Below are positions 52,635 to 62,185 of a DNA stretch of 64,000 bases, one piece after another. Positions within the stretch are counted from its first letter, which is position 1. The number at the start of each line of letters is the position of its first letter. Where the stretch lies: assembly GCA_965214835.1 (NCBI GenBank), contig CBDCCK010000002.1:1664001-1728000 (forward strand). The letters are read 5' to 3'. The translations under genes and the position numbers were made by a program. Below the pieces are notes generated by a model. The model did no database searches. It saw only the letters and a program-made list of their open reading frames with translations, and was not told where the DNA came from. This DNA comes from Nitrosopumilaceae archaeon. GTDB taxonomy: Archaea > Thermoproteota > Nitrososphaeria > Nitrososphaerales > Nitrosopumilaceae.

Positions 52635-53851
52635 GCCCTCGATGCGGCCTCCTCCAGGGAGCGAATCATGGGCAGCTTTTCGCCTGTAAGGTACAGGACC
52701 AGGGCCCCGCCTGCCGTACTGATGTGGTTGATCCTCTCGGCCAGCCCATATCTTTTCAGCGCGGAGGTAAGGTGCCCCCCGCTCACTATTGTGGTGGCCA
52801 TCGAGTTTGCAACCCCCTCAAGTAGCGCCCTGGTTCCAAAGCTAAAGTTCTCCCTCTCAAAGAACCCCGCAGGCCCGCTGATGAACACCGTTCCGGCCCC
52901 GGCGATTATCCTGTTATAGTGCTTCACGGTCTTTGGCCCAAGGTCGTAGATCAGCTCCCTGGGGTTCAGCTCCCTTACGTCAAGCTCCACCCTTTCGCCG
53001 TCCTTGTCTATTGCCACATCCACCGGCGTGGAGAACACGTCCGGATACTCGCCAATCAGCGTGTGCGCCTTTGCGACCACCTCCTCCTCCCTTTTGATTC
53101 CCAACTCCGACCTGATCCTTCCCTGCGCCCTCATGAACACGTTTCCAATCAGCCCCGTGAGCAGGACGTGGTCTGCCCGCCCGTTTTTGATCAGCATCTT
53201 GATCGCCTCTAGCCTGTCTGGCACCTTTGAGCCGCCCAGAACAACAACATGGGGAGCCTTGGCCACGGTCATGATTTCGTCCAGGTTCCGAACCTCGCGC
53301 TCGACTATCCTTCCTGCACAGGCAGGCAAAACGTGCGGGAATCCCACGATCGACGGGTGCGACCTGTGCGCGCTGGGAAACGAGTCTAGGACGCACAGAT
53401 CAAACAGCCTGGACAGCCTTTTGACCATTATGGTCTTTGCGGCCTCCTGCGGCGCAAACTCGTAGTTTTCCTCCGCACACAGCCTGAGGTTGTCCAAAAG
53501 CAGAATCTCCCCGTCCTTCAGGCCTTTTATCTCGTTTTGGGCAGCCTCCCCGATTACGTCCTCGACATACTTGATCTCCCTGTTTAACATGCCTCCGATG
53601 GCCTTTGCATGCCTGTCCATTCCGCTATAGTCCGTGTTTCCGACCCTTCCCTGGTGCGAGGCGACGACTACCTTTGCGCCCTGCAGGTCCCTGATTGTCT
53701 GGATTGCCTCCTCGATCCTCTTTGTTCCCGAAATCTCCATTGACTCTGGATCGATTGGGCAGTTCATGTCAACCCTCAGGAACACCGTCTTGCCCCCTAG
53801 GTCAAAATCATCTAGCGTGAGAAACTTCACAGGCTTTCTACTTTTTACCAT
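52553..53851 (-). CDS. pgk: Phosphoglycerate kinase
   Basis: LRVDMNCP, SHQGR, LLDNLR, AHRSH, LGGSKV, SGGH, HISTAGGA; start MVKSRK at 53851. Confidence 0.95.
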   Translation of the reverse strand: MVKSRKPVKFLTLDDFDLGGKTVFLRVDMNCPIDPESMEISGTKRIEEAIQTIRDLQGAKVVVASHQGRVGNTDYSGMDRHAKAIGGMLNREIKYVEDVIGEAAQNEIKGLKDGEILLLDNLRLCAEENYEFAPQEAAKTIMVKRLSRLFDLCVLDSFPSAHRSHPSIVGFPHVLPACAGRIVEREVRNLDEIMTVAKAPHVVVLGGSKVPDRLEAIKMLIKNGRADHVLLTGLIGNVFMRAQGRIRSELGIKREEEVVAKAHTLIGEYPDVFSTPVDVAIDKDGERVELDVRELNPRELIYDLGPKTVKHYNRIIAGAGTVFISGPAGFFERENFSFGTRALLEGVANSMATTIVSGGHLTSALKRYGLAERINHISTAGGALVLYLTGEKLPMIRSLEEAASRAQSADLQPGQALSSEGPRKTSLPHEPQ

Positions 53852-54055
53852 CTTAAAATCTTTGAGCCGATCCAAAGCGGAGGACCGGGCCGGTGCAACA
53901 TGCAGGCGCGAATCTTGTTGCAGGGGAATAGGTGTGGATGAAAGCCGAGGCTGCCAGACCTGCCACGATCCAGACATGGCCTGCCATACACCTGAGAAAA
54001 AAATCCAAGCTAAACCCATATACCTGCCGGCATCAGACGTAGAGGAGTGGGATAG

Positions 54056-54724
54056 TTGCAGAAATGGATTTTTGATATTAGATCAAGGCCGTTTCTGGCC
54101 TTATCTGCGGCATCGATTGCTGTCACCCTGCTGGTCTACACCGAGGTCACTGCCGAGCTTGATGACTCGATATCTGGATATTTTGAGTCAGTGGTGGGCA
54201 ATTCGCCCCTTGACGTTATGATGCAGTATGCCACCGAGACGGGGGACGTCTTTAACATGCTGGTCTTTGCAGTAATCATAATCCTGCTGAGGCGGACCAG
54301 AAGAATTGGCATTTCCCTGATGATCCTGCTTGTAATCACGACCCTGCTGACCGGCTATGTAAAGTGCGGCGTGGACAGGGACAGGCCGGACGCTGATTAT
54401 GAGGGCCCGGACTTTCCTATACCTATCAGCCGTGACACCTTTGCCCTGTTCTGCGAGGGGAGCTTTTTTGCGTCCTATCCGTCCGGCCATGCTGCCAGAA
54501 CAATGGTGTTTGCCATAGTACTGGGCTATGCGTTATCACAGCGGTTCCCGCACGGATGCCATCTGATCCTGCTGTACCCTGCAATAGTGGGGTTCAGCAG
54601 GGTGTACCTCTTGGAGCACTATCCGATGGATGTAATCGGGGGAGTAGTCATTGCGGCGCTGCTTGCAGGCGCGCTTGCAAAGAAGACAAGGCTCTATACT
54701 ATCTTCCAGCCATCAAAAGTCTAG
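54056..54724 (+). CDS. PAP2-family membrane phosphatase
   Basis: K----R-RP, SYPSGH, SRVYLLEHYPMDV. Confidence 0.92.
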   Translation: MQKWIFDIRSRPFLALSAASIAVTLLVYTEVTAELDDSISGYFESVVGNSPLDVMMQYATETGDVFNMLVFAVIIILLRRTRRIGISLMILLVITTLLTGYVKCGVDRDRPDADYEGPDFPIPISRDTFALFCEGSFFASYPSGHAARTMVFAIVLGYALSQRFPHGCHLILLYPAIVGFSRVYLLEHYPMDVIGGVVIAALLAGALAKKTRLYTIFQPSKV

Positions 54725-55027
54725 GCCTTCTACCACGTCGGCGTTTATCAGTACAATCGCATAATGCGCATCATCATGGTGGTATGTCCAGTACCTGACA
54801 CTTCTGTGCTGGCTGGCCTTTCTCAGCCCTATGTTAATCGACGTGGTAAGCGTGTATCCTATCCTCCTTGCCAGTTTGGCCTCCTTTGGCATCAAAACCT
54901 TGAATGCCTCCCGGCGATCCCTGAACCCCATCCTTACAATCTCGTCTGCCGCATCGGATGCCTCGCCTTCGCTTTTTACGTCAAATGTCTTGCAAACCGG
55001 CAGTTTTGAGGGATGAAACTCCTCCAT
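54713..55027 (-). CDS. Hypothetical protein
   Basis: 104-aa ORF with a plausible start, convergent on the PAP2 gene. Confidence 0.65.
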   Translation of the reverse strand: MEEFHPSKLPVCKTFDVKSEGEASDAADEIVRMGFRDRREAFKVLMPKEAKLARRIGYTLTTSINIGLRKASQHRSVRYWTYHHDDAHYAIVLINADVVEGLDF

Positions 55028-55151
55028 GATTCTGCCACGGATCCGTTCTCTAATATTTCTAAGCCAAAAACCATGTTAATTTTCTTAACAGATAAGTCAA
55101 ATCATGATTATACTAATAATTTAACCGTATCCTTGATCTGAATAATACTAG

Positions 55152-56444
55152 TTGGGAACGCTTCAAAAGACCGTAATCAGGCTACAGGCAAAAAAACAGG
55201 AGGCCTCTAAGATTAGGCGCCAGACTGAAAAACAGCTGAAAAACGCAAAATCCACACTGCGCCGCTCAAAATCCGGTCTTGCATCTGCAGACAGGAGGAT
55301 CGAGTCGGCAAGGGAGGAATTATCCGACGTATCCCTAGTTTTAAGCCAAAAGTCCGCCCAAAAAGACAGCATTTTGAGGCTGATTGGCGGCGCCGAGCAG
55401 CGCCTTGGCCAGGAACGGGACGCAAAGGGGCAGGCCGAGCAGGACGCCGAGTTTGCCGATACTGACGACGAAAGGCTTGCCGCACAAAGGAGACTGCACG
55501 GGATTTTGGAGAGGATATCCGACATAGAACTTGAGATTAAGAACCGTAAGAAAACGGCCAAAAAACTGGAAGACGAAATCAGCAGCTGTTCTGCCTCTAG
55601 AGACAGGATTTCAAGCCAAATCAAAAAAACCAGTCAAACAAGGCCTGAACTAAGGAAACTGCTAAGATCCAGCACCAAGGACTCTGATGAGCTGTCCGTG
55701 CGAATGGAACGCTCATCCCGGCAGGAGATTAATGCCAAAAGGAGCCTCAAAAGGGCTGAAGAAAGGCTAAAGGATCAGCTCTCTAAAAAGCCTTCAAGCC
55801 CCAAAAAGACCGCACCCAGGGCCGTCAGGAAAACAAAGCCTTCAAGCCCCAAAAAGACCGCACCCAGGGCCGTCAGGAAAACAAAGCCTTCAAGCCCCAA
55901 AAAGACCGCACCCAGGGCCGTCAGGAAAACAAAGCCTTCAAGCCCCAAAAAGACCGCACCCAGGGCCGTCAGGAAAACAAAGACTCCAAGCCCCAAAAAG
56001 ACCGCACCCAGGGCCGCCAGGAAAACAAAGCTTTCAAGCCCCAAAAAGACCGCACCCAGGACACCCAGGGCCGCCAGGAAAACAAAGCCTTCAAGCCCCA
56101 AAAAGACCGCACCCAGGGCCGCCAGGAAAACAAAGCCTTCAAGCCCCAAAAAGACCGCACCCAGGGCCGTCAGGAAAACAAAGACTCCAAGCCCCAAAAA
56201 GACCGCACCCAGGGCCGTCAGGAAAACAAAGACTCCAAGCCCCAAAAAGACCGCACCCAGGGCCGTCAGGAAAACAAAGACTCCAAGCCCCAAAAAGACC
56301 GCACCCAGGGCCGCCAGGAAAACAAAGCTTTCAAGCCCCAAAAAGACCGCACCCAGGACACCCAGGGCCGCCAGGAAAACAAAGCCTTCAAGCCCCAAAA
56401 AGACCACGGCCAAAAAAGCAACAAAGAAATCTAGAAAACGATAA
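55152..56444 (+). CDS. Coiled-coil protein with histone-H1-like SPKK repeat tail
   Basis: ~210-aa coiled coil followed by 12 full and 1 partial KPSSPKKTAPRAVRKT repeats. Confidence 0.85.
   Translation: MGTLQKTVIRLQAKKQEASKIRRQTEKQLKNAKSTLRRSKSGLASADRRIESAREELSDVSLVLSQKSAQKDSILRLIGGAEQRLGQERDAKGQAEQDAEFADTDDERLAAQRRLHGILERISDIELEIKNRKKTAKKLEDEISSCSASRDRISSQIKKTSQTRPELRKLLRSSTKDSDELSVRMERSSRQEINAKRSLKRAEERLKDQLSKKPSSPKKTAPRAVRKTKPSSPKKTAPRAVRKTKPSSPKKTAPRAVRKTKPSSPKKTAPRAVRKTKTPSPKKTAPRAARKTKLSSPKKTAPRTPRAARKTKPSSPKKTAPRAARKTKPSSPKKTAPRAVRKTKTPSPKKTAPRAVRKTKTPSPKKTAPRAVRKTKTPSPKKTAPRAARKTKLSSPKKTAPRTPRAARKTKPSSPKKTTAKKATKKSRKR
55786..56410 (+). repeat. 48-bp coding tandem repeat (two units 57 bp)
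   Basis: AAGCCTTCAAGCCCCAAAAAGACCGCACCCAGGGCCGTCAGGAAAACA repeated with few variants. Confidence 0.97.
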
Positions 56445-56452
56445 CCCTAGAC

Positions 56453-57067
56453 ATGCCGATGAATAAACGGGGTCTCATAATCATAGGAATTGGCGTACTG
56501 CTAGCCTCAATATCGTTTGGCATTGCGTTTACTGTGTTTCCTGATTCTGATCCCACCGTAAACAGCGAGCTGTTTGTCCCGAGTCTGCTTGAGGGAATGT
56601 TTGATCAAATATCTGATCAATCCGTGGTTTTTCCCGGCGACAGCTATGTTTTCAGCTATTCAGCTAAAAACTCAGGAGTTCCCCTGATGTGGGGGGCCCA
56701 GATTGTCGACTTTGAGTCAGGTGACGCAATCCAGGTGAGGGTATCTGACATCTATGGTGATGATCTTGGTTCTGTGCAGACCGGCGAGCCTGTTATTTTT
56801 GACGTGTTTATGACTGAAAACAACGGATCATATAACTTTGAAATTACAAACATCGGGGATCGCAGCATGGCTGTCATGATGATGTTCGTCGAGGATCCCG
56901 AAAACTCTGACATACTAAACGATCCTGACTCCCCACTGGTCAGCATTGTCGTGCCTCTGGCAATATCTGGCATTGTTCTGCTGGTGGGGGTTATAGTAAT
57001 CATTGCGGGTGCAGTTTTACTTGTAATGGATTGGAAAAAAGAGAAAAATCGGCCTAGATACTATTAG
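56453..57067 (+). CDS. Membrane protein (two TM, extracytoplasmic beta domain)
   Basis: N- and C-terminal hydrophobic helices. Confidence 0.8.
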   Translation: MPMNKRGLIIIGIGVLLASISFGIAFTVFPDSDPTVNSELFVPSLLEGMFDQISDQSVVFPGDSYVFSYSAKNSGVPLMWGAQIVDFESGDAIQVRVSDIYGDDLGSVQTGEPVIFDVFMTENNGSYNFEITNIGDRSMAVMMMFVEDPENSDILNDPDSPLVSIVVPLAISGIVLLVGVIVIIAGAVLLVMDWKKEKNRPRYY

Positions 57068-57357
57068 GAAATTTTTTCCATTTCGCCAAACTTGCCTTTT
57101 GTAAGAGCAATCTCGCCCTTGAAGGAGTTGATGTATCCGTTAGTAATCTTGACTTTGTCGCCGTCATTTACCTCTTTAATGTCCTCTGCCCACAATGTGA
57201 GCTTGATTTCGCCGGCCTCGTCAACAAGGTATGCATCACAAACATCAATGGATCCGCCTGATTTCATATTTACAGTTCTTGTTTCGCCCTTTCTTTGTAT
57301 GGTACCTTCAATGTCGACTTTGCTCCTCATGTTTTTTGCTTCTTCAGTCGTGACCAT
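57064..57357 (-). CDS. Single-OB-fold ssDNA-binding protein (SSB/RPA-like)
   Basis: L-DE-GEIKLTLW, GDKVKITNGY, F-GEI-L--GKFG. Confidence 0.9.
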   Translation of the reverse strand: MVTTEEAKNMRSKVDIEGTIQRKGETRTVNMKSGGSIDVCDAYLVDEAGEIKLTLWAEDIKEVNDGDKVKITNGYINSFKGEIALTKGKFGEMEKIS

Positions 57358-57517
57358 GAAATGACTGACTCCTAGCGCAATTATAAAGTTTAGTTTTGGG
57401 GGTTCTGTGTAATCTTCGGGACATGAAACCCAGATCTTCTTTGGGTTGGAATTTTGTGCCCAAGTAGAATCCTAGGATGGCGGGTGGACGGAACCCCATA
57501 CGTCTACTAGTCCATCA

Positions 57518-57618
57518 GGGGACCGCACCGTAATTGATCTGTTTGCATCTGCCGGTTTTGTCAAGATGGTCTAAATTCCTTGATTTTCTGCCTGACTGGG
57601 GTACTTTTCACTTAGCTG
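57518..57618 (-). mobile_element. Left-end fragment of an ISH3-like element, truncating the adjacent gene
   Basis: 57518-57580 matches 40368-40429; GTACTTTTCACTTAGCTG is the inverted TIR of 39182. Confidence 0.75.
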
Positions 57619-58468
57619 ACCAATATACGTAAACTCCCCAGTGAGAGTACGGCCATACATACGACAATGTCTCTGGATTTGGTTCTTCATTTTGTACAGT
57701 GTATGAAAAATCGTTGTTTATTCCAGCATGATCACGGAATGCCCCGGCATCGCACAGCCCTCCATAGTTGCTGCTTGGAACAACTTTTGTGAAATCGTAC
57801 GGTTGCGATGCTGCGCCAGTCCAGGATGCATATTCGGCAGTCATATGATATCCGTTATTTCTCAGAATCTGCTGAGTGCTACTTAGTGTGCTTCCAGCAT
57901 CATAGGTAGTTGGTGTTGGGTCTAGCATGTGTGGATCCAAGAAATTGCCACCGCACCAAGTAGGCCATGAGTCATGATGCACAGGTGTGATTTTACCATG
58001 TAATGTGTCTGGTATCACACTTGGTGTTGTTCCAACATGACCTCCATCGCTGTCAGAAAATAGCTTTCTGAACTCCCCTGATTCAAAATCAGTCATGATG
58101 TCATGAATTTGCTCATCGATGTCGGTTTCTAGCTCATTTACCTGGCCAACGGGACCGCCATCCACATCCATAAGACGGTCATTATACAGTACATATCTTT
58201 GTGATATTTGGATGTCCAATTCGCTAATGCGTGGATCGTTTTGAGCGGATTCCATGTCTATGTCAAAGTGATAATCTTCGTCTATTGAGATGTGTTCTTC
58301 CATGACATTGAACGCGTGAAGAATGTCTGATTTTTCATATGCCGTAGTTTTTTGCGTGTCGTCTTCAACGCCCCCCGGAGCTTCTTGTGCCACTGCATTT
58401 GTCATTCCCACAGGAGCCAGCAGTGCCGGTACCAAGAGAGGCATTACGGATGTTGTTTTGCTGTTCAT
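57608..58468 (-). CDS. Secreted preproprotein A (signal peptide, acidic pro-region, Cys/Trp/Tyr-rich C-domain); C-terminus cut by an IS end
   Basis: MNSKTTSVMPLLVPALLAPVGMTNAVA signal; acidic region; ITPVHHDSWPTWCGG... domain. Confidence 0.75.
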   Translation of the reverse strand: MNSKTTSVMPLLVPALLAPVGMTNAVAQEAPGGVEDDTQKTTAYEKSDILHAFNVMEEHISIDEDYHFDIDMESAQNDPRISELDIQISQRYVLYNDRLMDVDGGPVGQVNELETDIDEQIHDIMTDFESGEFRKLFSDSDGGHVGTTPSVIPDTLHGKITPVHHDSWPTWCGGNFLDPHMLDPTPTTYDAGSTLSSTQQILRNNGYHMTAEYASWTGAASQPYDFTKVVPSSNYGGLCDAGAFRDHAGINNDFSYTVQNEEPNPETLSYVWPYSHWGVYVYWSAK

Positions 58469-58494
58469 GTTCTCACCAGTCACTATGCGCCTTC

Positions 58495-58539
58495 GTTATA
58501 TAACAATTGATATCGGTTTGCGGCATGCTTCTTTTTTCG
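58495..58539 (-). promoter_or_regulatory. Conserved promoter copy 1 (TATA box plus upstream operator-like sequence)
   Basis: Reverse strand reads CGAAAAAAGAAGCATGCCGCAAACCGATATCAATTGTTATATAAC; ATG at 58468. Confidence 0.75.
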
Positions 58540-58605
58540 AGGCCGGGACGCCCAAAGTGCCGAAAGCCGGCAAGCATTTTTACCGTCCCGGACACACATG
58601 CCTTG

Positions 58606-59853
58606 ATGAAGGCAGTCCACAAGGTGACGGTGCTGGTAGCGCTGCAGATAGTCATGACACTTGCAAGTTTTGTTATGATCATACACCTCGAGTCCCAGAC
58701 GGCGCTTACCGGCAACATCGTAAACGTTGCCGGAAAGAACAGGATCCTTGCCAGCGCGGTCCTGGTGGAGCTGAATCACGTGTTGTTTCACAACCAGACG
58801 CAGGATGCACTGTCGGGATCGCTGGATGCCCTGCATGAGAACATCCGGTTTCTAAAGTCTGGGGGAACGTCATCGCAGCTGGAGATAGCCCCGCTCTCTG
58901 CACGGTTTGCAGGGGACTGGGACCGCATACGGGAAAAGGCGTCCCAGTACGGATCCCAGGTTCACGCGCTGATGGGGCAGGATGCGGTGCACTACAGGGA
59001 CATCGAGGGGATAGAACAGACGGCCAGGGAGCTTACCGAGCTCTCAGACGCCCTCACAGAGAGGCTGGGCCGCGACGTCGATGCGCTGTCATCCCAGCTT
59101 GTGGCACTGCAGGCGGCGCTTGGCGTCATCAACGCGGCCTCGCACTTGCTGGTGATCTGGGTGGTATGGAGGATTCTTGACAGACACGCGCGACAGGTGG
59201 CCGGGGTCGAGAGGATGGCCGTCCTGGGCGAGTTTGCCGCAGTCATGGCGCACAACCTGAAAAACCCGCTGGCTGCCATAATGAACGCCTCCAACAGGAT
59301 CCGGACGCACGGCGGCGGCCACGCAGTCATAGGCGGCGAGGCAGACAGGATAGACAGGTGTGCTGCCCGCATGTCGCAGCAGATCGACGGTGTGATGAGC
59401 TATGTGCGGACCAGGCCGCCCTCCATGGAGGAGTGCTCCGTGCTGGAGATGCTGGGGCAGGCAGCGGACATGGTGCAGATTCCGGGCAACGTGGATCTGA
59501 GGGCACTCGAAGGCGACGTGACGGTACGGTGCGACCGAGAGGGGATGCAGACGGTCTTTGCCAACCTGATACAGAACGCGGTGCAGGCCATCGGCGCCTC
59601 TGCCGGGCACGTCACGGTCAGGTGCGAGGAAGGCGGCGGCCACGCCACTATAACGTTTGAGAACTCGGGGCCGCCGATACCCAAAGGAGACCTGGACAGG
59701 ATATTCGAGCCGCTGTACACCACGAAGATCCGGGGGACCGGACTGGGCCTGGCCGGCTGCAGGAACATACTGGAGGCCCACGGCGCGACGATTGCGGCAT
59801 GCAACGATCCGGTAACATTTACAATACGCCTTGAAAAACATCCTGACACGTGA
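58606..59853 (+). CDS. Membrane sensor histidine kinase with PilJ/NarX-like four-helix sensor
   Basis: TM, NIVNVAGKNRIL, TM; then H-box MAHNLKNPL, NLIQNAVQA, ENSGPPI, IFEPLYTTK, GTGLGL. Confidence 0.92.
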   Translation: MKAVHKVTVLVALQIVMTLASFVMIIHLESQTALTGNIVNVAGKNRILASAVLVELNHVLFHNQTQDALSGSLDALHENIRFLKSGGTSSQLEIAPLSARFAGDWDRIREKASQYGSQVHALMGQDAVHYRDIEGIEQTARELTELSDALTERLGRDVDALSSQLVALQAALGVINAASHLLVIWVVWRILDRHARQVAGVERMAVLGEFAAVMAHNLKNPLAAIMNASNRIRTHGGGHAVIGGEADRIDRCAARMSQQIDGVMSYVRTRPPSMEECSVLEMLGQAADMVQIPGNVDLRALEGDVTVRCDREGMQTVFANLIQNAVQAIGASAGHVTVRCEEGGGHATITFENSGPPIPKGDLDRIFEPLYTTKIRGTGLGLAGCRNILEAHGATIAACNDPVTFTIRLEKHPDT

Positions 59854-60218
59854 TGGAGTCCAAGAAGATCCTGGTGGTGGACGACGATTACGATGTGCTC
59901 GAGTCGTGCCTGCTCATGCTTGCCGACGAGGGGCACCGCGTAGTCGACGCCTCAAACGGCTCGGAGGCCGTAGAAAAATACTTTGAGTTCGAGCCGGACA
60001 TCGTGTTCATGGACATACGCATGCCGGGCATGGACGGATACGAGGCGTTCCTTAGGATCCACAGGCGCGACGGCGATGCGCGCGTCGTCTTCACGTCAAG
60101 CTACGCGCTCAACGAGCAGAGGCATGAGCACGTGCGGAGCATCGCGTCGGTGGGGATGATCGACAAGCCCGTGGCATGGCGCGACCTCAAGCGGATGATG
60201 GGAAGGCATTCTCGGTGA
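59850..60218 (+). CDS. Single-domain response regulator (CheY-like receiver)
   Basis: ILVVDDD, DIVFMDIRMPGMDG, IDKP; coupled to the kinase. Confidence 0.95.
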   Translation: MMESKKILVVDDDYDVLESCLLMLADEGHRVVDASNGSEAVEKYFEFEPDIVFMDIRMPGMDGYEAFLRIHRRDGDARVVFTSSYALNEQRHEHVRSIASVGMIDKPVAWRDLKRMMGRHSR

Positions 60219-60225
60219 CGCTGCA

Positions 60226-61116
60226 TCACGGAGGGGTGCCAGAGTTCATGGCCGCGAGTCTTTTTTTGCAGTGATCCCCTGCCTCGTCAAAAAACCCCCG
60301 GTACCACGCGCGCATCTCCGGGTTCTTCTCAAACACCCTCCTAGTCCGCCCCGCGGCGTTCCTCCTTGCCTGCACGGATCTGGACGGGTGTGCATGGTAC
60401 AGGAGGTAGGTGTAAAACCAGTACGATATCTGCTCTGCCAGATCGGACTCGGATATGACCTCAAAGTTCCTCCTGTACTTTGTGTGCACGAACGACATCA
60501 GCTCGTGTACCGGGCCGTCGGCGCGTCCTGCCGCGGGCGTGTCCAGAAACAGGGCCTGGGAGAGCACCCGCAGACAGTACACGTTGTCCCCCAGCGCGGA
60601 CTTTAGCTCGTTCCACATTCCAAATATCCTGGGAAGCGTGCCCGCATACACCGATGCCATCCTGTCTATGCCGTTCCCGTCAAGATTCATCGCGTCAAGG
60701 CAGTACAGGATGCCGTGCAGCGAAAGCCTGTACTCCCAGGAATTCTTCCTCCCTGTCGTCTTTTTCTCCCTTACGGCCAGCCCCGTGTCCAGGATGCCGC
60801 CGGTGTACCTGCCCCTGTCGCGCCGCCCCACAAAGAACCGCCGGTACTCCATCTCCTTTCTCCGGACGTCGTTTATGTTGCGGAGCTCCAGCCTTGCCAT
60901 GTCCCACGTGGTGCATGCGCCATGGGCCGCCAGCAGTCCCAGCATGTGCTGCACGCTGCTCTGGTACTCTGTCCTCGTCTTTGCAAAATGGCCGCATCGC
61001 GCATGCGCCATGGGCCTCGTATGGATCTTGTACGACATGAGGTTGCCGTAGCTGTGCCAGTCCTCCATCAAGGGGGGCATGGCATGTCCCGTATTTTTTC
61101 CTATGTGTCCGCGCAC
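60226..61116 (-). CDS. Hypothetical basic protein, putative winged-helix regulator (start may be 61038)
   Basis: LLAAHGACTTWDMAR helix pair and wing-like YRLSLHG; convergent on the receiver gene. Confidence 0.6.
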   Translation of the reverse strand: MRGHIGKNTGHAMPPLMEDWHSYGNLMSYKIHTRPMAHARCGHFAKTRTEYQSSVQHMLGLLAAHGACTTWDMARLELRNINDVRRKEMEYRRFFVGRRDRGRYTGGILDTGLAVREKKTTGRKNSWEYRLSLHGILYCLDAMNLDGNGIDRMASVYAGTLPRIFGMWNELKSALGDNVYCLRVLSQALFLDTPAAGRADGPVHELMSFVHTKYRRNFEVISESDLAEQISYWFYTYLLYHAHPSRSVQARRNAAGRTRRVFEKNPEMRAWYRGFFDEAGDHCKKRLAAMNSGTPP

Positions 61117-61225
61117 GATGCAAGGGTATTCCCCACCGGATCACCTTTGCCCTGCCGGTCACGGATTTACAGCGCATGCCCGATCTGTCAGGCCAGGCGG
61201 CTTTTGGCGCCCTAGCTCCCCTGCC

Positions 61226-61271
61226 CGAAAAAAAGAAGCATGCCGCAAACCGATATCAATTGCTATATAAC
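61226..61271 (+). promoter_or_regulatory. Conserved promoter copy 2 (inverted relative to copy 1)
   Basis: CGAAAAAAAGAAGCATGCCGCAAACCGATATCAATTGCTATATAAC; same spacing to ATG 61298. Confidence 0.75.
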
Positions 61272-61297
61272 AAAGGCACATAACTACCTGTAAGGAC

Positions 61298-62166
61298 ATG
61301 AACAACAGAGCAAAAAAACCGCACTGATCCTGTCCGGTTCGCTGATCGCCGCGGCGGTTCTGCCGCTCGGCGTGGCCAGGATGGCAGATGCGGCCGCAGA
61401 CAGGGAGCAGACCAAGGAGGGATTCAAAAGCGACGTAAAGCAGTGGCTGCAGAGCCTTGGTGCTGACAAGCAGTCAAGGGCCGAAAAGACCGAGGAGCTA
61501 AAGCAGAGCTATAACGAGTTCCTGCTAGACACGATAGAGCACGTACGCGTCTTGACCGACACCGGCGATCTAACGCTTGAGGAGAAAAAGGCCGCAACGC
61601 AGTACATCGTGGATGAGACGATAAAGGACGAGCGGTTCAAGCTTGCAACGGACGGCGGCGACAGGCTCGATTCGGCGTTTCTGGACCTGCTTGGGATACA
61701 GACGGCCCAGGCCACGTGTCCGGCCACCACCAATCCTGCGTACCGGCAGCTGGCAATCGACATCGACGGCGGCACGTATGGAGGATATGCGTTTAACGGA
61801 GACAACGGCCTGTACCCTGTCCTGTACGAGGACGATCCGGGCAGCTGCGGGAGGACGTTTACACTTTCGTTCTACGACGAGGACCATCCTACATTTGACG
61901 CATTTTATGACGGCCTGAGATTCTTCCTGTTCAACAGGGTGTTTGACATCGAGTCATTCACTATCCGGAACAACAGCCAGATAATATTCGACGATTCCCG
62001 GAGCTCCGGTAATCAATATGGATGTCTAGCTGGGGCTGAAGGGTGCCACGACAGCGGCACGCTGAGCTACGCCCCGGGCCAGACGGTCTACGTAAGCAAC
62101 ACCTGGAACCACATGATGAGTATGTCTGATACAAACCCGTCCCTGGCAAAGGTCTCTGTGCCTTGA
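61298..62166 (+). CDS. Secreted preproprotein B with Cys-containing C-domain; ATG is out of frame by one base at an A7 tract
   Basis: Adding one A at 61312-61318 gives MNNRAKKTALILSGSLIAAAVLPLGVARMADA fused to ORF 61372-62166 (…QTAQA-TCP…YVSNTWNHMM). Confidence 0.7.
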
Positions 62167-62185
62167 CCCACTTTTTATTTTAGAA

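Noticed and set aside
55775-56413. 212-aa hydrophobic repeat ORF on the minus strand
   Set aside because: Antisense shadow of the Lys-rich repeat; the plus-strand frame is continuous with the coiled-coil gene.
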